Positions 27,859-38,300 of a stretch of 64,000 nucleotides of DNA are shown piece by piece. The stretch covers positions 17,508 through 81,507 of the forward strand of contig CBFHXB010000009.1 in assembly GCA_965659685.1 (NCBI GenBank), written 5' to 3'. This DNA is from Candidatus Poseidoniaceae archaeon. GTDB lineage: Archaea > Thermoplasmatota > Poseidoniia > Poseidoniales > Poseidoniaceae. The translations under genes were made by a program, and so were the position numbers. Every line of letters starts with the position of its first letter. Positions within the stretch are counted from its first letter, which is position 1. The notes beneath the pieces were generated by a model. That model had not been told where the DNA came from, did not search any database, and saw nothing but the letters and a program-made list of their open reading frames with translations.

Positions 27859-29559
27859 TCAAGCACGCGTCGAGAGGCGGTGAATCGCTTCATCAATGGA
27901 GAGTCTCGTTTGTTCCCCTGTGTCACGTTCCCTCCATGTCACGGTCCCGTCTTCGAGGGTCGTGTGATCCACCGTCAAGCAGCACGGGACACCGATTTCA
28001 TCGGCCCGCGCATACCGTCGACCGATCGAACCGCTCGCGTCGTACACCGCCAACACACCACGTGACGCACAAAGACGAAGGTGCAGGTCCGATGCGATCT
28101 CCCCCATACCGTCCTTCTCGAAGAGAGGAAGCACGGCCGCATCGATTGGTGCAACGTCGTGATGAAGGTGCATTCGAACGTACAGGTCGTCGCCATCTCC
28201 TGCTTCTTGGTACGCGTGATCGATGATATGCCAGATGATGCGATCGATGCCAAAAGCGGGTTCCACCACATGCGGGATGAACCATTCGCCCGCCACCGAT
28301 TCCGTTCGCTGAACACGCTTGACGTGTTCGGGTTCGACGACGGCCTCTTCGCCGTTCTCGAGAATCAAAGATGCTGGGAAAGCCGCGTCAGCCGGAAGCG
28401 ATTCGACCTTGGCCTTCACCTGTCCAGCAAGGGCTCGGAAGGCTGGACCGGCTTTCGCACCGTCCGTGGTCCAGCCGTCGATTTCCACGATCTTGGGTTC
28501 GGCGTAGTTGCGCCAAGCGCGCATCCGCTGTCCTGTGGCGCGCTCGTGTGCTTCAAGGTCGTAGCAGCCGCGGTGGGCGATGCCGACGCATTCCACCCAG
28601 CCATAGGAACCGTGGAGTTCCACGTCCCAACAGTCCAACGCGTAGTGTGCCATTTCATCCCGGGCGTGTTGCCGGAACCGAAGCTTGTCGAGGTCGATGC
28701 CCAAAGCGTGCAACAGGTCGTGGGTCCGGGCCATGTACCATGCCACGGTTGGGTGAAGGATGACGCCGTTGTCCAAAGCATCCGGGATGGTGGATTGGAA
28801 GGGATCACCTTCGGCAGGAACCAGATGGACGGAGGTCGAACGCCATGGTGTGAAATCGTGGGACACCTCGGCTTCCGGGTCGATGAAATACTCCAATTCT
28901 GCCATGTTGAATTCTCGCAGCCGGATCATCCCCTGACGAGGAGAGATCTCGTTGCGGTAGCCACGGCCGAGTTGCATCGCACCGAAGGGCAAGCGCTCAC
29001 GGAAGTGGCGGTAAATGGCAGGGTAGGTCGTGAACATCCCTTGCGCTGTCTCAGGGCGGAGGAAGGCAGCACGGCCTGAGGAACCCGCACCGATGACCGT
29101 GTCGAACATCAAATTCTCAGCCGCAATGGACGACCATTCGGTGGCACCGCATGCTGGGCAGGGCGGTGAGGCCTCGTCCAAGAGGGCCTGAAGTTCGCTC
29201 ATGGAGAGGGAATCGGGATTCGGATGATGAGCCTCGAGCATCGTGTCGGCGCGGCTTGCTTCGTTGCAGGCTTGGCAGACGGTCATAAAATCGCTGAATT
29301 CCGCGACGTGCCCGCTCGCTTCGAGCACGGCAAAGGGCGTGACGGTCGGACAGGAAATCTCCACCACGTCGCCCTGACTCAACCAATGGTCTCGCCAAAC
29401 GTCCTGAACTTTGGCACGGAGACGGCCGCCCACCGGACCAAAATCGTAGAGGCCTTTGGCACCCCCATGAATCTCAAACGCGGGGAGGATGACGCCACGT
29501 CGCCGCAGCATCCCGGTCAAACGCTCGAGCCGGCCCATGACGTTCTGACCTTCGACCAT
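27859..29559 (-). CDS. glyS: glycyl-tRNA synthetase (archaeal/eukaryotic alpha2 type)
   Basis: Contains RRGVILPAFEIHGGAKGLYDFGPVGG, FRNEISPRQGMIRLREFNMAELEYF and an anticodon-binding C-terminal domain. Confidence 0.9.
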   Translation of the reverse strand: MVEGQNVMGRLERLTGMLRRRGVILPAFEIHGGAKGLYDFGPVGGRLRAKVQDVWRDHWLSQGDVVEISCPTVTPFAVLEASGHVAEFSDFMTVCQACNEASRADTMLEAHHPNPDSLSMSELQALLDEASPPCPACGATEWSSIAAENLMFDTVIGAGSSGRAAFLRPETAQGMFTTYPAIYRHFRERLPFGAMQLGRGYRNEISPRQGMIRLREFNMAELEYFIDPEAEVSHDFTPWRSTSVHLVPAEGDPFQSTIPDALDNGVILHPTVAWYMARTHDLLHALGIDLDKLRFRQHARDEMAHYALDCWDVELHGSYGWVECVGIAHRGCYDLEAHERATGQRMRAWRNYAEPKIVEIDGWTTDGAKAGPAFRALAGQVKAKVESLPADAAFPASLILENGEEAVVEPEHVKRVQRTESVAGEWFIPHVVEPAFGIDRIIWHIIDHAYQEAGDGDDLYVRMHLHHDVAPIDAAVLPLFEKDGMGEIASDLHLRLCASRGVLAVYDASGSIGRRYARADEIGVPCCLTVDHTTLEDGTVTWRERDTGEQTRLSIDEAIHRLSTRA

Positions 29560-29648
29560 GCCTCTTGGCTCCTTCGCAGGCCCTTGAAACCCTCGGCCAA
29601 AATTGGGCGTTGGACAGGACTCAAAAGGTCGGCCGCTGACCTCCGGCC

Positions 29649-29963
29649 ATGGGCCAAGCCATGGTGGGCATCACCGACTCGGCCTGCACCGGGTGTGATC
29701 TCTGCATCCCCTTCTGTCCGTTCGAAGCCTTGCTTCCTCTGGCCGAGAACCCTGAGGGACGGAGCCATCCCAAACGTCCGGTGATCGTCGTTGAAGCCGC
29801 ATGCGTCGGCTGTTTGTCGTGCATTGGGTCCTGCCCGACCGGAGCCTTGCACGAGGTCCCGCTGCCGCCAAGCAACGAAACCTCTCCTCTGCTCGACCCT
29901 CCAGCACCTCCTGAAACAGAGCCTGTCCTCCGCTGGGGGCGCCGCGGAATCGGATGGGCCTGA
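29649..29963 (+). CDS. 2x[4Fe-4S] ferredoxin-like protein
   Basis: Carries two cluster motifs, CTGCDLCIPFCP and CVGCLSCIGSCP. The C-terminal tail is Pro-rich. Confidence 0.7.
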   Translation: MGQAMVGITDSACTGCDLCIPFCPFEALLPLAENPEGRSHPKRPVIVVEAACVGCLSCIGSCPTGALHEVPLPPSNETSPLLDPPAPPETEPVLRWGRRGIGWA

Positions 29964-29983
29964 AGCCTCAACCATTCCATTCG

Positions 29984-29991
29984 TTTATATA
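29984..29991 (+). promoter_or_regulatory. candidate archaeal TATA box for the Lhr gene
   Basis: tttatata at 29984-29991, 44 nt upstream of the ATG at 30035. It is one of very few A/T-only octamers in this GC-rich window. Confidence 0.4.
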
Positions 29992-30034
29992 CGTCACATC
30001 CACGAGGCCACGGCACGGGCGTCGTGAGAAAAAC

Positions 30035-33000
30035 ATGCCAGAAATCACTTACCTCGATTCGTTCGATGATACGGATGCCTTGGCGGCCCGTTTGAGCGAA
30101 CCTGTTCGACGTTGGTTCCTGGATACATTCCCAGATTTCACCGACCCGCAGAAAATGGCGATTCCGGCCATCATGGAAGGCGAACACCTCCTGCTCTGCA
30201 GCCCAACCGGTTCAGGAAAAACGCTCACAGCATTCCTGACGGTCATCGACGACCTGGTCCGAAAGGCACTCGATGGATCGCTCAAGGATCAGGTGTACTG
30301 CATCTACATCTCACCGATCAAAGCCCTCGCCAACGACATCGAGCGAAACCTGCTCGGGCCACTCGCTGAAATCAAAGAACGATACTTGCCGGACAGGGCC
30401 AAAGAAATTCGCGTCGGGTTGCGGACCGGAGACACCTCCCAATCCGACCGGCAGAAGATGCTCCGAAAGCCTCCGCACATCCTCATCACCACACCAGAAA
30501 GCATGGCCATCGCGGTTGGGTCCTCGAGGTTTCAACCGATCGTGTCCCGCGTCAAGTGGATGATCATCGACGAATTGCACAGTTTGGTCCCCACCAAGCG
30601 TGGCGTGCACCTGAGCCTGACCCTCTCTTTCCTCGACACCTTGCTGAAAGATCCCGTGCAGCGGATTGGAATTTCAGCAACGATGGAGCCACTGGACACG
30701 GTCGCGGAATACCTTGTGGCCAGCGACGACCGAGAATCGAGGGGCGAAGATCAGCGCATCATGGTCGCCAAAATTTCTGGGTCCAGGGAGCTCGACCTCG
30801 ACATTCTGATCACCCACCCACGTTTCGCCGACCGTTCTGTGGCGCAGACCCTGGAAGCCAACGTCGAGGCCATCGCGGACTTGATTTCGGCCCACACCAC
30901 GACCTTGGTCTTCGCCAACACGAGGAAAATGACCGAAACCCTCGTTCAACGCCTCAGGCCCTTCCTCGGTGAACTCATCGCCGGCCACCACGGATCGATG
31001 GACAAGAACATCCGACTCGAAGTCGAGCGGAAGTTGAAGTTGGGCCACCTCCGTGCTGTGGTGACCTCCTCATCGCTCGAAATGGGGATTGACATCGGTT
31101 CGGTTGATCTCGTCGTTCAGGTCGGTTCACCGGGAGACATCGCCACCGCACTCCAACGAATTGGGCGAGCAGGCCACCACGTCGGTGGAATTCCCCGCGC
31201 CCGTTTCTTGCCTTCTTCGGTGGACGATTTGCTCGAATTGGCGGCGTTGCAAGCCGCGATTCAAACCGGAGACATGGACCGTCTCTCGTTCCCGCAAAAC
31301 TGCCTTGATGTGGTGGCTCAATTCCTGATTGGCTTGGTCATCAACGAAGAACTCGACATCGACGAGGCCTACGAAATCGTGGTCAACGCGTGGAGTTACC
31401 GAAACTTCGCGTACGACGATTTCATCGAAGTCCTCGACCTGTTGGAAGACGAGCGTCGCATTTGGGTGGACTGGGAAGAGAACACCTTCGGAAAGCGTGG
31501 CTATTCCAGGATGATTTACTACACCAACATCGGGACCATCGCCCCTGACAATTCCTACCTGGTGTTCAACGCCGAAGGTTCCATCCTCGGAAAATTGTCC
31601 TCGTCCTTCGTTGCCAGCCTCCGCACCAGCGACGTCATCCTCCTCGGCGGTTCGACCTACCGAGTCAACAACATTCAGGGCACGCGGGTCAACGTCAGCA
31701 ACGTCACAGGATACCGTCCAACCGTGCCCTCTTGGTCCGGTGAAGCACGATCAAGGTCGGCTGAACTGTCGTCTTCCCTGCTCGACCTCATCGGCCGCTG
31801 TACGGTTGCTCTCCGACGAGAAGTCGATCCACGAACGGTCCTGAGCGAAGCCTATTCGTTGGGCCGGGATTCGGCCGAAATCATTGCACGTCATCTCGAG
31901 GAGCACGTGCTTACCACCTTCCAAGTGCCGGACAAAGACCGCATCTTGGTCGAACAAATTGTCGGCGGCGCTCATCCGACCTACCTCGTCACCACCTGCC
32001 GTGGCCGAGGGTTCAACACCGCCTTGGGTTACTTCATGGCGGGGCTGGCCGAGCGCGCGAGCATTCCGGTCATCGAGATGTCCTTCGACGAGAATGGACT
32101 TCTGCTTAAAACCGCACAAGACGTTGATCCCGGAGCCATGTACGAGGCCTTTGCTGCAGGCGACCACATGGAGGTCATCGAACGCTACATCATCGGCACC
32201 CAGATCTTCGCCAAGCGGTTCAGGGAAGTGGCCGGTCGGAGCCTGATCATCCCCAAGCGCATCGGTGCTGAGGAGATCAGCCCTCAACAATTCCAGCAGC
32301 GAGCCGACGCTTTGCTGAACCGACATCGCACCTTGGAGGGCTCCATCCTCATCCGCGAAGCGAAGAACGAGATCCTCTACGGCGACATTGACCTCGGTGG
32401 GTTGGAACAATTCCTCACGGCATGCCGCGAAGGGCAAGCACGCATCGTCCACATGCGAACGACGTTGCCGAGCAGGTTGGGCATGTCGCTCTACATGTCC
32501 GCGTTCGAAGACCTGATGTCGATGCGCACCCGCGCGTTCTTGGTCAAAGACATCGATCCTGCCATCCTTGAACGCCTCCTCGGCCGTCGTTCCCTCGCCA
32601 CCGAGATGACGAACGAACAAATCGAGGCGTACTACACGGACAAAGTTCCCGTCCCCACGGATGCGGACACCTTGTTGGCCCTCATGGAGCACGGTGGAGG
32701 TCTGGACCGCTCCTTTGACAATCCGTTGTACCGAGAGAAATTGAGCGGAATCGACCATGACGTGATTCGCGGTTGGGTGGAAGAACTCTGCACCACCGGA
32801 CTGATCACCAAAATCGAAGGGACCGGAATGGAGGAATTGGACGGCAAGTGGTTCAGTTCCTACATGGGTGAAATCCACGGCACCCTCGGTTGCTTGGCGG
32901 CCAACGGTGGCCGTGACGTGGAAGACTTGCTGACCTTGCATACGGCAGGTTTGACCTACCGGATGGCTTCCGCGTTCAACGGCACGAAGGTGAGTGATTG

Positions 33001-35323
33001 GAACGACATGGAACTTGGCGACCCGCAAGAGGCGCTCCGGGTCAAACTCATCGAAATGCTCGGTTCCGAAGGGCCTCAAACCGCCGACCAACTCGAGGAA
33101 CGCCTGCCGTTCCCACGTACGATGGTTGAGCGCACCATTCACCAACTCGAGACACGGAACGTCATCAGCATCGGCTTCTTCACGCAAACCGAGGAAGCCG
33201 AATTCATCCTCAAGGTGGACGAACACCGCATCACGGGTGGCGAGGAGGACGTCGTCGAGTACCGTTCAATCCAGAACATGATCCTCGACAAATCGTTCAC
33301 GATGTACGACGACGTCGACCAAGCCTTCGACAAGCACCTCCTCTTCCAGAAGCAGCAGGAACTGCTCTACCGCATCAACGATTTCAGGTTCAGCGATTGG
33401 AAGGACCTCCAACTCGACCGCGACATCGTCAACGGTCGTCTCCTTCACAACCGTCAGGGCTACACCACACGGCGCAACCTCCCCATGCTTCTCGGCCTGA
33501 AGCCAGAGCCCTACATCGGAGCGATAGAAGCCGACCTGCTGGACCGCATCCTGCCGGGCGAAGAACCCCAACGCTCAGAAATTGTGGCGATGTATCCCAA
33601 GGGCGAGGAACACAGACAACTGCAGCGCGACGTGAAAAACGGTCTCGCAAATTTGGAACGCCAATTGTTGGTCGCAAAGCAATTCGAAGAAGTCCCTGGA
33701 CGGCGCCGACGCTTGTCCTTCTACCACCGGGTTCACGAGGTCTACGACGGCCTTTCCTTTGAGGACGCCTTGTGCGAAGTGATTCACCGCATTGGTCCGA
33801 TCAAAGCCAACACCCTTCGCTTCTACGTCAGCAGAGCCTACGAAGAATTGGTCATCGCCCTCAAGGCGCTGGAAGCCGATGGGCGCATCAGCAGGGTGAC
33901 CACCCTCGTGCCGGAACCAGAGGACTTCTACTGCGCTCCGCAGGAAGTGGGCACGTTCCGTCGTGCCCGACGAGAGGACCGCGTGATGCGCATCCTGACC
34001 CAATCCGACCCTTACGTCTCGCGCTTCATATGGGAAGTCAGGGCCATGCTCGACCGAGGCTGGTACCTGCCGGTGTTCAAGGGAATCGATCCCGTGGGCA
34101 AGGTCCTGATGTTCAAGGTCAACGATTACCTCGAAGTGAAGGACATTCAGATTCCAGCCGCCTATCTGGAAGAGTTCTGTGAGTCCTTCGACGTCCTGCT
34201 TGAAAACCACGCTGAGCAATTGGTTGACGTTGCGGTCTTGAGCGGCATCAACGGACAACCGATCAGTGAAGTGGACCAAGTGTGGCGGGATGCGCTGAGC
34301 GGCATCGGTTTCAAGCTCGCAGGCGAGCGAATGATTCGTGGCGGAATCGTCGAAACACAGCCCAGAACCCTGGCCGATCGCGCCTTGTTCCACAAGCATC
34401 ACCTGCATCAATCGTCGAGGTTGGAAAACGAATTCCTCGCCCTCAAGCGCATTCGTGAGGTGCGCGATGACTTTGCGCTTCGTGGCCGAGCTGAGCTCTA
34501 TCGCGTGGACCTCAAGAGCATGGCGAGCGCCAACCGCCTCCACCAAGGCGTCAACCTTCGAGGGCACCAATCATGGGCTTCCTACGAGCATTTCCAGACC
34601 TTGTTGGCCATACGCGGCATCGAACCGGAGGAAGACCTCGCGGACGTGTTGGATTTCTTCTCAAACCACTCCGACCATGAGTTGTTCAAGGAACGCTATG
34701 CGTTGAGCCAATCCGAATTTCGAAAATTGGTGCAACCCTTGATTCGCACCGGTCACATCGTTCAAGATTTTAGAGGCGGATTCCGCACCGTCGCGGAGGA
34801 CCCGAGTTTGGACCGCTCCGTGCTGAGGAAAGAATACCTCCGGTCCCTTGTCGCCGATTTCCCGGTGATGACCATCAAGCAATTGCTGTCCTTGGCAGGG
34901 AGCCATTTCAAGCCAGAGGAAGTCAAAGCCATTTTGACGGAATTCGAGGAAGACGAGACGCTGATCAAGGGGTTCCTCATCGACGATCTGCACGAGGTCT
35001 GTTGGGGTCGAAAGGACCTGCTGGCGGACGCCAAGGAACTCCAACCCATGCGTGACTTCGTGCTTCCGCCTTCCGACCCAATCGCACCGTATTTCTCGGG
35101 CACCCTCAAGGAGAAGTTCGGGTTCGGAAGCGCCTATCTTGTGTTCAAGAACGGAGAACCTGCGGCGGCCTTCAAGGCCAACACCCGAAACCGTATCATC
35201 GAGGTCACGGATTACGAAGGACGTGAGGACGCATGGCGAATCGTCAAGGAATTCGCGTGGGAGCACCAAATGCCGCTCACGTCAGAAATACGCATCGGCG
35301 GGCGACGATTGAGCAGCTCTTGA
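30035..35323 (+). CDS. lhr: Lhr-type superfamily-2 DEAD/DEAH helicase with a very long C-terminal extension
   Basis: 1762 aa from the ATG at 30035. Helicase motifs are CSPTGSGKTL (I), IIDELHSL (II), ISATM (III), HHGSM, and VTSSSLEMGIDIG/RIGRAGH (V/VI). About 800 further residues follow the Lhr core. Confidence 0.85.
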   Translation: MPEITYLDSFDDTDALAARLSEPVRRWFLDTFPDFTDPQKMAIPAIMEGEHLLLCSPTGSGKTLTAFLTVIDDLVRKALDGSLKDQVYCIYISPIKALANDIERNLLGPLAEIKERYLPDRAKEIRVGLRTGDTSQSDRQKMLRKPPHILITTPESMAIAVGSSRFQPIVSRVKWMIIDELHSLVPTKRGVHLSLTLSFLDTLLKDPVQRIGISATMEPLDTVAEYLVASDDRESRGEDQRIMVAKISGSRELDLDILITHPRFADRSVAQTLEANVEAIADLISAHTTTLVFANTRKMTETLVQRLRPFLGELIAGHHGSMDKNIRLEVERKLKLGHLRAVVTSSSLEMGIDIGSVDLVVQVGSPGDIATALQRIGRAGHHVGGIPRARFLPSSVDDLLELAALQAAIQTGDMDRLSFPQNCLDVVAQFLIGLVINEELDIDEAYEIVVNAWSYRNFAYDDFIEVLDLLEDERRIWVDWEENTFGKRGYSRMIYYTNIGTIAPDNSYLVFNAEGSILGKLSSSFVASLRTSDVILLGGSTYRVNNIQGTRVNVSNVTGYRPTVPSWSGEARSRSAELSSSLLDLIGRCTVALRREVDPRTVLSEAYSLGRDSAEIIARHLEEHVLTTFQVPDKDRILVEQIVGGAHPTYLVTTCRGRGFNTALGYFMAGLAERASIPVIEMSFDENGLLLKTAQDVDPGAMYEAFAAGDHMEVIERYIIGTQIFAKRFREVAGRSLIIPKRIGAEEISPQQFQQRADALLNRHRTLEGSILIREAKNEILYGDIDLGGLEQFLTACREGQARIVHMRTTLPSRLGMSLYMSAFEDLMSMRTRAFLVKDIDPAILERLLGRRSLATEMTNEQIEAYYTDKVPVPTDADTLLALMEHGGGLDRSFDNPLYREKLSGIDHDVIRGWVEELCTTGLITKIEGTGMEELDGKWFSSYMGEIHGTLGCLAANGGRDVEDLLTLHTAGLTYRMASAFNGTKVSDWNDMELGDPQEALRVKLIEMLGSEGPQTADQLEERLPFPRTMVERTIHQLETRNVISIGFFTQTEEAEFILKVDEHRITGGEEDVVEYRSIQNMILDKSFTMYDDVDQAFDKHLLFQKQQELLYRINDFRFSDWKDLQLDRDIVNGRLLHNRQGYTTRRNLPMLLGLKPEPYIGAIEADLLDRILPGEEPQRSEIVAMYPKGEEHRQLQRDVKNGLANLERQLLVAKQFEEVPGRRRRLSFYHRVHEVYDGLSFEDALCEVIHRIGPIKANTLRFYVSRAYEELVIALKALEADGRISRVTTLVPEPEDFYCAPQEVGTFRRARREDRVMRILTQSDPYVSRFIWEVRAMLDRGWYLPVFKGIDPVGKVLMFKVNDYLEVKDIQIPAAYLEEFCESFDVLLENHAEQLVDVAVLSGINGQPISEVDQVWRDALSGIGFKLAGERMIRGGIVETQPRTLADRALFHKHHLHQSSRLENEFLALKRIREVRDDFALRGRAELYRVDLKSMASANRLHQGVNLRGHQSWASYEHFQTLLAIRGIEPEEDLADVLDFFSNHSDHELFKERYALSQSEFRKLVQPLIRTGHIVQDFRGGFRTVAEDPSLDRSVLRKEYLRSLVADFPVMTIKQLLSLAGSHFKPEEVKAILTEFEEDETLIKGFLIDDLHEVCWGRKDLLADAKELQPMRDFVLPPSDPIAPYFSGTLKEKFGFGSAYLVFKNGEPAAAFKANTRNRIIEVTDYEGREDAWRIVKEFAWEHQMPLTSEIRIGGRRLSSS

Positions 35324-35360
35324 CATCAAACCACATCAACCAACAGATTTGAAGAGGAGC

Positions 35361-35377
35361 CTTCCTTTCTTTTTCCC
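35361..35377 (+). terminator. pyrimidine/oligo-T tract, a possible archaeal terminator for lhr
   Basis: cttcctttctttttccc lies 38 nt after the lhr stop and directly abuts the next ATG. The assignment is tentative. Confidence 0.25.
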
Positions 35378-38300
35378 ATGCAGCATGGCTCACATCGCGC
35401 ACTCGCCTTGGTCAGCTTGCTCGTCTTGTCCACCACGATGGCCGTGGTGGCACCGACCGCTGGAGCAGAATCTTCCTTGGACATTCAGGTCATTGACACC
35501 AAAGTCAACCCCGCGAACAACCACACATACCACCTCCTTTCCGCCTCGTCGTGGACCGAAGCCGCCCAAGCCGCGCGCGGATTGGAAGGTTTCCTCGTGA
35601 CTGTGGACGACGAAGCCGAGAATTCGTGGCTCCACGCCACGTGGGGGAACGATGGCAACGTGACCCGGCACCTCTGGACCGGTCTCAGCGACGCGGGCGA
35701 AGAAGGCGTCTTCCGTTGGCATGACGGCACGCCGTTCCTCCATCGACAATGGGGCGAGAACCAGCCCAGCATGACCGATGTTGAGGACTACGTTCACATC
35801 ACTGGACCCAACATGGGATCCATTGAACCAGGCGACTGGAACGATTTGGAAAACGACCCGCAGTATTTCCCGGTGTACGGCGTGGTGGAACTTGGCCCGG
35901 GTGCAGATTTTGCCCTCCGCTTTGATGGCGATGACGACCACGTCATCACGTCCGACGACACCTCCCTCCAAGCCCCCGCGGCCTCGGGTGAACTCACCAT
36001 TGAAGCAAGGATTCAGCCGGTTGAAACCGACGGAATCCACACCATCGTGATGTACGGCGACCACGGTTACGGCCTGTACCTCGACGACGGACGACTCGGT
36101 TACGCCTCTGAATACAGCCTCTCGAAGAACCCCCTGAGCGATGTCAACATGACCGTCCCGGAAGGCGTCTGGTCAACGGTCGCTGTCGCCGTGAACGCGA
36201 CCACCGGTGGCACCTTCTTCCTCAACGGGGAAGCCATCGGTTCGTTTGGAGCAGACCAAGCGGAGATCCCCGCAGGAGATTTCGGCTCAAACGATTGCTA
36301 CGAGGCCGGACTTTCGTGCGAGAACCTTGTGATTGGACGCCATGGAGCCGGTGCAGACCGTTACCACTTCAGCGGCATGATTGACGACGTGAGCATCGCC
36401 GCCATCGACGCACGCATCGCAGGGCCAAACGGCAGCATCGGCCTCGGTCCGTTCACAGAAACGTTGTCTGAATGGACCTTCGGGGAAGGTGAAGGTGACC
36501 AAACCTACGACCACATGAACCGCACGGGAGCCATCGAAGGCGCTGCATGGGTGATGCCTGACGGATCCATCGTTGCCCAGGCCATGGAACTCGAGAACGG
36601 TGACGAACTCAACCTGGACGGCATCAGCGCCGGAGACACCTTGCTGTTTTTCTCTGAACTGCCTGAGTACACCCGTAGCTTGAGCGTCCAAGCCTTTGCA
36701 TGGGCCGAAAACGAAGGCAAGGAAGATGGAGAAGCGGAATTCGTGTTGTACCACGACGTGGACCGTGTCCCTTCGGCCTGGTCCCACATGGACGAGGTCG
36801 AGGACTGGGGCTGGGGCGGCGTGTTTGCCTCCTACACGTGGCCAGAAGCCGGCGTGCATTGGTTTGCACTCCAAGCAACGTCCTCCCTGGATGAATTCAG
36901 CCTGTGGGCGGAGTGGGAAGTGGCCGAAGCCCCTCCGTCCTTGGACGAGATGATTGAACTCAAACACGGCATTCCCGTGGCCGACCAAGACCTCCAAGGC
37001 CAGCGGGAGAACGAATTTGGCGAATCCATCCAATATTACGTCAACGTGACCGAACCGCTCGCTGACCTTTCGGTCAAGACCTACGGTGGTGAAGGCAACG
37101 TGGACCTCGCCATCTCCTACGGCGGCCCGCCTGACCCCTTCGGCATCTGGGGTGAATGGGACATCGGGTTCCCAAGTGTGTCTGGTGATGGAGACGAGGT
37201 CGAATTCGAGGACTGGTCTGTCGGCATGGGGACGGAGGAAGAAGTCCACCTCTACAACCTGCAACCCGGGACCTACTACATCACGGCCTACACGTGGCGC
37301 ATGGCCCGCGATTACAGCATCGTGGCAGACCTGACGCCTCTGCCGACCAATGCGGAAGCGTCCGATGCCATCGAGCTCACGCCCGGGGTTCCCTACGGGC
37401 CATTCTCGGGCTACGAAGGACTGAACCAATATTTTTCCATCGACGTGCCGGAAGGCACCGAACGGCTCGAGATCAGCCTTGACGACGGCACCGGCGAAGC
37501 CGACCTGCACCTCGCTTACGAATCCACACCAACCTCGACGGTGTTCGATGAGCGAAGCGTGGCACCCGGACCGAACGACAGGGTGGCCTTCAACGATCCA
37601 ACACCTGGCACATGGATGATCCTCGTCCACACCGATCGCGTGTTCAGCGGCACCAGCATCCTTGCAGAATTCACCGACCGTTACGTGTGGGACTGGGACG
37701 GTGAGCCCATTCAGCTGTTCAACGGTGAGTCGATCGAAGGCATCGAAGCCCCCGAGGGCACAATGCTCGAATTCTATGGAATCCTCGAGCGCCCTGTTTC
37801 CCCGTTGGAGATCGACACCTGGGGTGAATCCGGCGAAGTTGAACTCGACGTGGAAGCCGAGCCTTACGACTGGGAGACCTTCTTTGACGACGGACCACGC
37901 GGTCGCCAATTTGACGGCGAAAGCTGGATGGAAGGCGAGGGCGTCGAGTGGACGTGGTCCATGAACACTGCAGCAAACGGCCGTTTTGACGTTACTGTGG
38001 ACGTCTTGGAAGACGTGAGCGGCTTTGGCATCGTGGCCTCTTGGACCGAATCGGAGCTCCCGCCCGTTGACGACGATGACGACGACGACGCAGGCAACGA
38101 AGAGCCGTTCGAACCAGAAGGGTGCCTCGAACGAACGAAGGCGTGGTTCGAATCCTTGGACCGGGACCGTGATGGCATCGTGACCTTGGACGAACATCGA
38201 CCTCATCCATCGACCGGCACCCCCGGTCAAGACCTTGACCTGAACGAAGACGAGCGTTTGCAGATGGGAGAGCTGGAAGTCGACCTGTGTTCGTGCAGCG

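Noticed and set aside
29954-30034. Upstream start for lhr that overlaps the ferredoxin stop
   Set aside because: The extension would place the candidate TATA box (29984-29991) inside the coding region, and it adds a non-conserved basic peptide. The ATG at 30035 gives a normal Lhr N-terminus.
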